From positions 62,001-126,000 of the forward strand of contig JALDZX010000011.1 of the NCBI GenBank assembly GCA_022813865.1: a stretch of DNA of 64,000 bases. The letters are read 5' to 3'. The notes below the pieces were generated by a model that worked only from the letters and a program-made list of their open reading frames with translations, ran no database searches and was not told the origin of the DNA. Positions 28,157-38,759 of this stretch are shown here, piece by piece. Origin of the DNA: Xylographa opegraphella (taxonomy: Eukaryota). Position 1 is the first letter of the stretch. Each line of letters opens with the position of its first letter. A program made the position numbers and the translations under genes.

Positions 28157-29116
28157 ATGACATCCCCCCCGCCCCCCTTCCCCCTGGTGCCTCTCTGCAA
28201 CCAAACCCTCACCGCCCCCTCCAGCCTCACCCCCACCGAGCGCGCCCTCCTCAAAGGGCGCCCCTCCCCCGCCGACGAAGACATCCTCTACCGAAACGCA
28301 ACAACCCTCCCGCTCTCCGCCCTCGTGGCCAAAGCCCTCGCCACGCCCCCCACCCTCACCCCGCACGAAGCCCACATCCTCGTCCACGGCCCCGCGCCCC
28401 GCACCCCCGCGGAGAAAGCCAGCCGGCTACAACGCTACCTCGCGCTGACGCCCACGCAGCGGCAGCTACTGGACCGCGCCAGCGACGCCGTGGCCGACAA
28501 GGAGGAGAAGCGCGCGCGCAACGTCGCGTATCGGGTGCTGCAGGCACTGCAGGCAGAAGCGTCCACGTCCCCCGCACCGGCCCGCGCCCCGCTCGTCTTC
28601 CCGTGGGAGCGCACCGACTGGGTCTCCCTCGTCCGCGAACAGGACTACGCGGCTTGGGGCTTCCCCGTGCTGCGCACGGCGTACTGCGACCCCGCAGCCT
28701 GGCTCGCCTTCCGCGCCCGCTTCTCCGCCCTCGCGGCGCGGGAGATGCAGCGGCTCGCGCCCGCGGTCGCGGACCGGTTCCGCGTGCCCTACGTCGAGGA
28801 CGAGGAGGCTCTCGCGGGCGCGGAGCGTGAGGGCTTGCTGGCTTACTACACCCGGCTGCGGGCGGAGGGGAAGCTAGCGGGGGGTTTTGACTGGGGGGTG
28901 TTTGGGAGCGTGGATGAGAAGGTGCTGGAGGAGTGTGGGGCTGAGGAGGGGGAGTGGGTCGTGCCGGTGTGGGATGCGGAGTGGAAGGAGGGGGGTGGGT
29001 GGGTGCGTGGGGTGGGTGTTCAGGCTGGGTTGGTGTTTGCGGTGCTGCTGCCGAAGGTGGTGAGGGGGGAGAAGGGGGCGTTGGAGAGTTTGGCGATGTT
29101 GGGGGTGGATCGGTAG
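28157..29116 (+). CDS. Uncharacterised intronless cytoplasmic protein (~319 aa) with a WGFxxxRTxY...W..F motif
   Basis: GC-rich ORF with strong codon bias. WGFPVLRTAYCDPAAWLAFRARF...YVEDEEALAGA resembles a pattern I recall from uncharacterised fungal proteins. No signal peptide or transmembrane segment. Confidence 0.75.
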   Translation: MTSPPPPFPLVPLCNQTLTAPSSLTPTERALLKGRPSPADEDILYRNATTLPLSALVAKALATPPTLTPHEAHILVHGPAPRTPAEKASRLQRYLALTPTQRQLLDRASDAVADKEEKRARNVAYRVLQALQAEASTSPAPARAPLVFPWERTDWVSLVREQDYAAWGFPVLRTAYCDPAAWLAFRARFSALAAREMQRLAPAVADRFRVPYVEDEEALAGAEREGLLAYYTRLRAEGKLAGGFDWGVFGSVDEKVLEECGAEEGEWVVPVWDAEWKEGGGWVRGVGVQAGLVFAVLLPKVVRGEKGALESLAMLGVDR

Positions 29117-29644
29117 AGGTGGGCGGGCTGGATTGGGGGTTGTGCTGGGAAGAGATTCGACACATGGGGGTTTGGTGGTCATCAGCTACTCTCGGACTCG
29201 TCTTTGCGGGAATTGCACGCGAGTGGCTGGGGGGAGGCATGTACTTCGGCCTCGATTCCTGCCTTATGGAAGATGAAACATGAGAATTGGAAACCTGCAT
29301 CTCGAGATTTACTCGTCCGGACAAACCGTCGTTCGGTCCCAGATGGTGGAGCTCAACACTATTGCCTCAAGGCAGACAGCCTCAACAATTCGCCCGTCCA
29401 TGTATAGTCAATAGTTGAGCAGGAGAGGCGTGGCACTCCCCACCACGCAGCAAAACATCACCTTCAACCAATAAATATTGAATCTCCATATCGGCCTTTT
29501 CGTTCCATGATTATACGAACGAAGCGGACGCTGCATCCGGTCAAATAAGTATAAATTGACAGGTCAAAACTCGAGTATATGAAATTGCCTCAGTTGTTCT
29601 TACCGCCCAATACTGAATTGTACCCCCACACAACTACTCGTGTA

Positions 29645-31994
29645 TCATACTAGGATGAAAACAGCATCACCGAACATCTTGCCTCCATCACCATGCCATT
29701 GCGTACAGCGTTTCCAGTCAAAATTCTCCCGACTTACCTTTGCTTCATGTCCACTGTTACCCTCGCTATTCTGAACAAGCTCCCGGCAAGCTTCCTCCGT
29801 ACTCATCAGAAACACGCTTCCAGTTGGAGACATGAAAACGCCCACTCTCCGAAAGATGTTGCCCGCAGCAGTACCCGCCACCCGCTCCACCAGAAGCCCA
29901 TATACTAGTGTGCGTTCATCCAGAGTGGATCGTGGCAGTGACACTGACACAGACACCGGCACACAGAAAATCTGCTTTCTGACCTCATCGTCTGCAGGCA
30001 GCGCTTTCTGAATATCTTCGAATACGGAGACGTGGATCAGCGTCTGGCCGGCCATCAGGAGCTGATAGCTTAACAAAGGCCCGGAGGATTCCATGGTCTC
30101 CTTCTCGACGAGGTGCGCTTCCAGCATGCGGCCGCGGATGATCAAGCTTCCGCTTACGACTTGGCCCATTGCGTCGTTGTGGGCCGCCGGTGTAACATGA
30201 GCAGCCAAAATGTCAATGAGGAAATCGCGCTGCTTGCGTTCCCCACCCCAGTCCCATTGGATGACCGTTTTCAGCGGTCCGTCGGTAGCGGCCCAGGACC
30301 AAGACGGAGCGCGGTAGGGTATGGATTGATGACCTACAGTGCCAGAATTCTTCCGTCCTATTGGACTACGAGCAGTCACCCAGAGCAACTGTCGGGGGAG
30401 CTGAGCCTCCCATAGGCCGGCCAGGTAGCGGCTGTTCATGAGCGGGTGCAGCTCGCGTGCAATACCGGAGATTGCAACGAGTTTGTCAGTGCTACGCGAG
30501 AGAGCGCCGGAGGTATAGGCGGCTACAACGCGGTCCCATACGTGGAAGGCAGTAGTAGTAGTTCCGGACCAACGAAGCATGCTGGCGGAGGGGTCCACCG
30601 GCTGCAGTGCGGGATCGAAGGGATGTAGGGATTTGTATGGATGTCCTGTAAGGACGTTTGGAAAGCCGTTGGGGAAGGTCTCGCAGGCTTCGAGCGCACG
30701 GCATTCCCAGTAAAGTTGTTTGAACCCAAAATGGAGGACCCGAGGGGCAAGAACACGCTGTATGAAAGTTGTTCAGTGGAATTCTACGTGTGGGAGAGCT
30801 GGAACGAACATACTTCTTGAACAACCCAGCCTCGCGAATTCAACGGCGCGTCTTCTACACCATTCTTCCACAGCTCAAGGTCCAGAAAAGTGTGAACATC
30901 GGAATAGGTCGTCTGAGGCTCAGGATACTTTGCTCTTTGGAAGCGATTTCGCGTTGTTCGACGAACTTTCTCTTTTTGAACGGCTTCGGGGAATTGCAGT
31001 ACCAGTGGTTCAATCAACGCCGGGATTCTTTTCGAGAAGAAGCCCCTTCGGCCATCCCATACTCCAGTCGCTGCGATATTACAGTAGCTGTACTTATAGA
31101 CTTTGCCCATCAAGGCTGCCTCTCGATTCCAATCCTCCGGAGAATCCTGAAGGATACAGAGCGAATCTATCCAAACATACCTGATACCTAATCGACGAGT
31201 CACTTCTATGGCGTCCAGAAACGTCTGTGTAAGTTTTTCAGGGGGCACCCGGTTCTTCAGGCTCTCGAAGTTTTTGGTCGTCAGTTTGAAGATCTCCAAC
31301 TTGCCCCAGCAATGGGACAAGGATACATACAAAGAGCCAGAGGGTATATCTGCTGATTCACACAGCCGCAATAGATCACCACAAACGAGATCACCAACAT
31401 CAATGAGCCGAGATGGGCGCCATTCCTGAACAGTCTCTGTAGATGAACTCTCTCCACATTGATGGTTCTGCAGACAGTTACTGAGCCAATGAGATGCAAG
31501 GCGTAGAGTATTCTCCGAGGATGTACTCTCTTGAACTGGCGACCGAGCACTCGAATGTTGTTGTACAAGATCCGAGTTGGTAGTGGGTTCATCTGAGAAC
31601 ATGAGGCTCAAAGCACCCTACCAAAGGGAGAAACGACATAGGGTAGACTACCAAGCAAACCATTGTAAGGCGCAGTATTAAAATGCCACTTCGCATTCCG
31701 CCACGAAAACCTGAAAATATAACACCCCACTGGAGGGAAAGGCTCAATGTATCCAACGATCACGTCACTTCCCCAACACGCATCTAAATCACTGCCTTCT
31801 GCAGATAATGCAGCTTGTTGCTGGGCAGAAAGCCCGGCCCAAACACGAGCGCAGAGATGACAGCCGGACAAGGCTGCGTGGCGAAAGGCCAGCCCGTTCT
31901 CGTGATGGTTGAAATAGGGCATGTAGGCATCCTTGGATTCCCGGATCTGATAGCCACCAGGCTTGAAGATGGCATCACAGGCAGGACAGAGCAT
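29645..31994 (-). CDS. Stand-alone HET (heterokaryon incompatibility) domain protein
   Basis: MLCPAC...CHLC N-terminus, then PSRLIDVG, YVSLSHCWG, YVWIDSLCILQD, MGKVY, LNSRGWVVQE|RVLAPRVLHF, DKLVAISG, YLAGLW, APSWSWA. Three exons; the first intron donor is uncertain. Confidence 0.9.
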
Positions 31995-32265
31995 GCTGTG
32001 ATGGAATATCGAGACACGAGGAATGAGTTACGAAGTCTTTACCGACTAAAGTACTCAAATAAGATCCATCGGATACCTAGGTAGGGTTTAGCGACATGAT
32101 AAATACATATTTTCAATATATCTGTAACTAAAGTAGGGCTATTAAGCCGCGCTAAGGCTTGTAAATACCAACCATTCCTCGAGGAGTAATAAATCACACA
32201 AGTCTCCGCAAATTACCTACTAAAGGCATGTATGGTAACTCTCATGGAGTAATTTTAGCAGCTCA

Positions 32266-32279
32266 GGGTCACGTGACCC
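32266..32279. promoter_or_regulatory. 14-bp perfect palindrome GGGTCACGTGACCC (extended bHLH E-box) between the divergent HET and SGNH genes
   Basis: Seen directly, about 270 bp upstream of the HET ATG. Confidence 0.35.
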
Positions 32280-33266
32280 ACTATCCAGACATCTCTTTCT
32301 CGGATACTTCCATCATAACGAATCCACTTATCCTCTGGATCCCAAGGTATTAAATAACGGCAATTATAATCCCCGATTCTTCACACTCTCATCCCCTATA
32401 GAGAGAGTCAATCGGCGAAAGCTCGTCATCCGAGTCTCCACGCGCGCTAACCAGTGATCGGAAATTACGTTTCCTATTCTGCCGAGCCGTCGCACCGCTT
32501 TTATATCGAAACACGGGCCTCTCATTGGTGGACCGGCAGTACGGCTCGATTCGTCGATGATTCTTCAACTTTCTTCAACTGATCCCCCACACGAGTCCAG
32601 CATGATGCCACTTATCCCAAAGGTAACACGGCTGTCCCTGATGCCGCAGCCCCCAGCCCTTCCGGAGGCCCGTTGGCGGCGCAGCACTCATGCTCGTACC
32701 CCTGACGGTCCAATCGATGGCTGCGCGTCGTCTTCAAGGCTGCCGAATCCGTGCTCGCCTCATGTTATCCGCTGGGTTTTGCGAGCACGGTACGGTAGTG
32801 GCTCGCAGGATCACCGAGTCGAATCGCGGGGTTAATGTTCTGCTTACGGGGTCGTGGTGGGACAGCTCTAGGAGAGAGGGCTACAAGAAGCGGTGGTGCG
32901 CCGGGCATTTGAAAGGTGAGGCTTTGTGATGATTGATTCACACGAGGGTGTGAATTGATTAACGAGGCGGCGTACTTTCGTTGTGCTTCCGTATTACCAT
33001 TGTGGGAGAGACACTCGTTTCGTTCAGTATTGTCAGTGTTGCTATTGTTTGCAGGGTAGCGAAGAAGTGTTGAAGATCAAGCTTGTGTGAAATCTGATCG
33101 CTGGATTGAGAGCAGTGCGTTGAGTTACGCGTTTCTTGGCTGTGGCTAGCAGGATCGCTATTCCTTCAGTCAAATTATTCGGGCTTTGTTATTTCTTGTA
33201 GCCGTATCTGCTCGAGCTGCTTGGCTGAAGAGGCAGATAACTCGCTCGTGATTCTTTTGTCCTGCT

Positions 33267-34555
33267 ATGAGGGCGGGCTGCATCGTGGGACTTCTCGTCC
33301 TCACGATACCGCTTGCTCAGAGTAGTCATGGTAACCGTGAGTTTTCTCTCGCCCCAACTACAAACCCTATATCTGAAACTCAGCAGACTGTCAATTACAC
33401 ATCGAATCAATGCTAACAAATTTCTAGTTAACTTTGGATTGGACACTCGAGAAGTATCCACTGCCCCTATATCTGGCCAAAACCTCACCATCCTTCCATT
33501 AGGAGGTTTGTTGTAGACCGACCCCGGTCCACCCTCCCTTCTGACTGATACTCGTAGATTCCATCACCAACGGCTTCCAAAGCACTGACGGTAACGGGTA
33601 CCGCCTTGATCTCGTGCAAGATCTCGCCAACAACACGGTGAAAATGATTGGTTCCGTCCACGCAGGCACCATGCCCGACAATAGCAACGAAGGCCACGAC
33701 GGTGCTGTCATCACCCAGATCGCCTCCTACGCCACCGCCTCCCTCCCATTGCTCCCTACCGTCGTTCTTCTTATGGCCGGAACAAACGACATGGACAAGA
33801 ACGTTGGTACCGCCACGGCACCGGACCGTCTCGGCGCCCTCATCGATGAGATCTTCGTCGCATGCCCGAACACCACAGTGCTTGTCGCGCAGCTAACTCC
33901 TTCGGGTAAAAACACCACCGAGGCTGTGATTGTTACCTACAACGCCGCCATCCCAGGCGTGGTTGCGCAGAGAGCGGACGCAGGGAAGCACATCGCCGTG
34001 GTAGATATGTACGATGCGCTTTCCTTCCCAGCGGATTTCACCGACTATTTGCACCCGAATGATGGTGGGTATAAGAAGATGGCCGATGCATGGTTTGCGG
34101 GACTGCAGCATGCGGATCGCATGGGTTGGCTGGTTGATGAGGTGCCTGTAGTGGTGACGACCAGTGGTGTCATGTCGACGAGTAGTGTGGTATCGACGAG
34201 TAGTGCGGTCGCGATGTCCACGCCAACTGGTAGGCTTGCGAACGGAGGTAGCAGTAGCAAACCCGCCACAACTGGGAGGGTATCCGGCAACAGTACAATG
34301 GCAAAGACGACAACGACGACGGCTGCGGCTGTTTCGACGGATATGCTGCCATCTACCGTGGCGGTGCTGGTATCAAAGACAACCGCCTCTGCGGCTGTTG
34401 GTAGTACGACGTCGGCTACGAGTGAGGGGTCGAAGGGAGAATTCTGGTTACCCGGCGCGATCTGTGGGTATCCTCGTTTCGAATCGGTGGGGAGTGTTTC
34501 TGATTATGAGGATGCAGTTTTGACAGTACTGCTTTGTGGTCTTGCGGAGATATAG
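33267..34555 (+). CDS. Secreted SGNH/GDSL hydrolase (carbohydrate esterase family 3-like) with a Ser/Thr-rich tail
   Basis: Signal peptide MRAGCIVGLLVLTIPLAQS. Spliced ILPLG|DSITNG, NEGHDG, LLMAGTND and DYLHPNDGGY match the SGNH blocks. The 3' end is uncertain. Confidence 0.88.
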
Positions 34556-37271
34556 TCGGAATTACTCTCGTCCAAAATGCAGGGATGGCCGGCTAAGTCG
34601 TGCATGGATGAAAGCGTGCTAGAAGCGCATATGGACCAGTCTGATGGTAAGACGCGGAAACTCAAGATAGTCCCTATGAGGTTCGAACAGATATCCGAAG
34701 TTAACGGGCGACCGTCGACGACATTTTCGAAGGTAAAGAGCGACCCGACGACGTTTTCCCCTTCAAGACCTTATCGTCGGATCTGTCTCCGATCACTGAG
34801 AATCTCGGCTCTAGCACAGACAGTCAGGAGGCAGCCACCGCTTGATCCACAAATCAGCAACGACGGGCGCTCGCCATGACTAACGATTGCCCGAAACCAA
34901 TAAGTCAACCCTACAGCAGAGAAGATCTGCGAAACATCAAAGCCATCTTATTACCGAATATTCTATCATCCAAGCAATGATGACGCGAGGATAGATTGCA
35001 ATAAGACCTCGCCCGAGCGCGCAAAGATGCCACGTGCTCCTAGAAGCGAGCGGGAGGTACACAACATATGGGTCTGCAAAACGCAAGACGCATGATACTT
35101 GGCTAAGGCGATCTAGAGGCCAAGCCGATCATCACCGAAGGCATGAATTTCTAGGTTTGCAAACGCATGATGGCCGCCACGGCCCAGCAAAGAGATCTCG
35201 ACCGCCCGACCTTAATGCACCTCACTCGGGTGATCTGCTACCATCTTGATTACCTTCCATTGGCGTGTATAGCTCGTCTTGGGTCTCGGTATCGTTGATC
35301 TTTTCTGCGAATTCTCTAAAGGTGGCAAACCTTTTGCCCGCGACCACTTTCTCAATCGTCGTGAGACAGATGAGTTGGCCAACATATAGGATGGTTCCTC
35401 CGCCGTCGTAGAAGAAATTCTACATCGTACCTCTCGGATATGATCACAATGCACGCAATGCTTTCCAATTCATAGACCAAAAAAAATCCGGTCTCAAACG
35501 GCGGGTGCACTCCGTACCTGGCTTTCCAGATGACTCGTGATTCCTGATTACGAAAACCTCCTTGACAGCGTCGCCTGAAAGCTTCGACCTCATTCACCAG
35601 ACAGCGTCGAATTTCATAACTTTCGAAACATAACCCTTCCTTCGCCCATGAGATTTTTCGGCCCCATTCCTTACTAGTGGTCGACACAAACGATTACTGC
35701 ATGAAAACCAACGCTCGTCAATACTAACTGGTGATACCATCCGCAGGCTCAATCTTCAGGGAAATCATCTTAGCTCAAGTGCCAGCAATCGTACCATTTC
35801 GAGGCCGTGGCCCTTTGACGAACCTGCATCTGAACTCAGCGCATCCATCCTCGTGCTCCATTCCCCGTTTCCGCTATCGCATGTTGTAGGCTTCTTGCAT
35901 CCCACTCTGCGATTCCAGATTCTGCGCCCATGCTAACAATCTCTGAGCAAGCACGAGGGTCCCCAGTTGTTTGACTCTCGATACCGAATCCTAAAGGCGA
36001 AAATTGGCGTTAGAACCGCGTCTGCGATCGGCGTTTGCGAAACACAGTTTACAAATAGAGTGTGAAGGCAGCAATCGATCATCTCGGTCGCAGAGTCTCC
36101 TCATTGGCTGCCCGGTTGGACGGCTCGGCGCTTTAAACTGAATGAGCTGAAGTGTTCATAGATTTCGATGAGTTTCAATAATGTATTACTTGATGATCCA
36201 GGTACGGGTGATGACATGGCAAGGATGGTATGGTATGGTCTTCCGTATCACCAAAGTTACCGTTAATTGAACGGGAGCTTCGAGGGACATACCACCAACA
36301 GCGAAGATTGGGCCAGAGACAAAACAATATAGAATGGAGACAATCTGGTTCTGGACTCTTCGATCTTGATGTAAGCGGTCAAATCCCACTGAAACTGGTC
36401 CTTCCAAAGACCATCATCTGCGTGAACGCGAAGCTGTGCCGGCAAACAATTCCATCCAGTCAATCGATGATGAAAAGCGACAAAGAACGCATGGATATCA
36501 CCTCGTTGGCTTAGAATGTAGCGAGAGCTTTTAAGGCGGGAGATTTATATTCAATACCTTTGCTCGTGCAATTGAAGCTCTAAGCCAGAGATCCCCTTAC
36601 ACAATACATTTGCCACGGCTACGCACCATTGGTGAAGCCGGCCTTACACACTGCGAATCGAGCAAACGGTCTGTACGGGCATTCCTAGATAATCAAAATG
36701 CTAGGTCTGTTAAATGGTTTCATGCCTTATTGGTTACTGTGAAACATGATCGTGGTGCATTGATTCAGAGCCTAAAACTGGGTATCATGTGCGGAGTCAT
36801 GGAGGCAACTGTTATCCAACGTATAGGATCTTGTGCTGCTTCGACTTTTATACTTGGTTCGGCATAATCGCCTTAGGAGTATCTTGGGGGTTCCTGGACA
36901 CGAAACGCGAATCCGAATGAATGTCATGGACGCTCACCAAGCGGCAATGTGACCAAGCATTTCGTCTTCTGTCGACCATAGGACAACGATCAGACCAAGG
37001 ATATATACTCGCAATGGGAAATCGCATAAGTAACAAAATCTATCTCATTAGCGCTGTCGCCTAAGCGGCACTCAAGGGAGGCGCAATCAAAACATCTCGA
37101 GATGCACGGACCGGCGACACGCGACACTGGCCACGTCGAAGACATCATAGTTCTCTGTTTCAGCTACTTCGTTTCACAGCTACTCAAAAGCCCATGCATA
37201 TTTAAGTCAAGATCCACTGACCCACATGTGTGTGATGCCGAAAACAAGGGTTCTGCGCTCGTGCTTTAATT

Positions 37272-38121
37272 ATGCTTCCAAAGCAGGCTATGTCGCTGTC
37301 GCTGGCAGCAGTAATGACAATGCTGTCCTCACACCCCTTCCTGGGAGCCAGCATGTTAATACGAGAATCAATTGGTGCCGATGACTCTCCACATGCGGTC
37401 GCACCCCACCTCCAGCGGCCGTCGATGGGAGACGTCGACGACTGGCAAGCCCAACATGTGAAGCGGATGGAGAATCTCAACCCAAATCAACCGCTGCCCG
37501 TGACTCCGAATACTTTGAACCCGCAGCCGGCCCAACAACTGAACCCAGCAGACATAGCAATGGACGAGAACCAAGGGGTGCCCGGGGTCAATCTACCTTG
37601 TGGATGGTTAGATGGCCGCCAGAACCCCGACGGCGAAGCGGGCGTAGACTCCGAACCTTTTCGGCTGGGCCCTGGTCGATACATACTCCATATTCGATGG
37701 ACACGCACGCCCGTCCTTGGTGATTGCTAAACCCTCCCCCTTGCAGCTTACCCACGCTCCTATATTCATACTGACCGCGCAAACAGCCGGCATCGAAGCG
37801 AACATGAACCTGATTGACATCGAACAGTACGACGAGCAGGAAGAATGGGACAGCGCCTTTTTCCCGGGCACTCGCATGCCGCAAACCGTGGTCGTCGAAC
37901 CTTCTCGTCATCGCAGCTTCTTCGTGGACTTGCGGCGAAACTGGGTCGACGAAGGTCTGACGCCAACACCGGGAAACCTGGTCAACGACGCGGCAATTAT
38001 CTGGTGGTTTGAGCGCGAACGCGACGGTGCTACTGCTGGTGGCGGAACTGGTCGTCTTCCTTTGAGTCCGGTGGACTTGGGTGTGGAGACCCCACGCCAA
38101 CGGGCTTGGCTGCATCCCTAG
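37272..38121 (+). CDS. Orphan putative secreted prepro-protein (signal-like N-terminus, KR site)
   Basis: Two adjacent coding-like ORFs (37272-37730 and 37717-38121) with a branch/acceptor gctaaa...ttgcag at 37746. The donor is uncertain. Hydrophobic N-terminus and QHVKR motif. Confidence 0.5.
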
Positions 38122-38759
38122 GTGGTTGTCTTCGTTATAGACGATCTGTGTCAAGCCAAAATGCTATCTGCATCTGCGGTCGCTTCGAGCAATTCTAGGA
38201 CAGGTGATGCTTGTGAATGCTAAGCGAAGAGAGATTGCAGGAAGGAAATTCGACGGGAAACCGCCGAGAGTGGTTCTGAGAAGAGAAAACAGGATGATTG
38301 GTGCTGGCTTAGGGGGTAACAGGGTATTAATTTCGCTGCGCCCTTGTTGCTTTGATGTTCCATCATATACCTTGCGCGGCCCAGACTGCTGCATTTTTAT
38401 CGATGATATTGCTCGATGGTTCGCCCCGGGTTCGCCATCAATTCCTCTGTTTGTTCCTGCCCATCAAATTGCTGTGTCCCTCCGTTCATTCAGTTGACTG
38501 TCTCACACTCCCTCTTATCAGTCAGCCTCAATTTGCTCATGGAACATCAAAAGCAGCACGGAAGGATTACCTGCAGGCCCAAAACTGGGTTTCTCTCGGT
38601 ACGCGGATTGCCTCCAGCCAATTTACTGCAGGACTGGAGACGTACTCGTCATACTTCTGGCGCTAGTAAGCAGAAGCCAACACGGTCACCGCCACATTCT
38701 TCCATGGCTGCTCATTCTTGCTCATGTATCCGCGTTCGTCAGCTTCAACCCCTTATTCC

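Noticed and set aside
27973..29324. Long Pro/Arg-rich alternative-frame and antisense ORFs
   Set aside because: Artefacts of high GC content over the real 28157-29116 gene.
35212..35960. Minus-strand ORF fragments with possible splice sites
   Set aside because: Interrupted by stops, no recognisable family; may be a pseudogene but unsupported.
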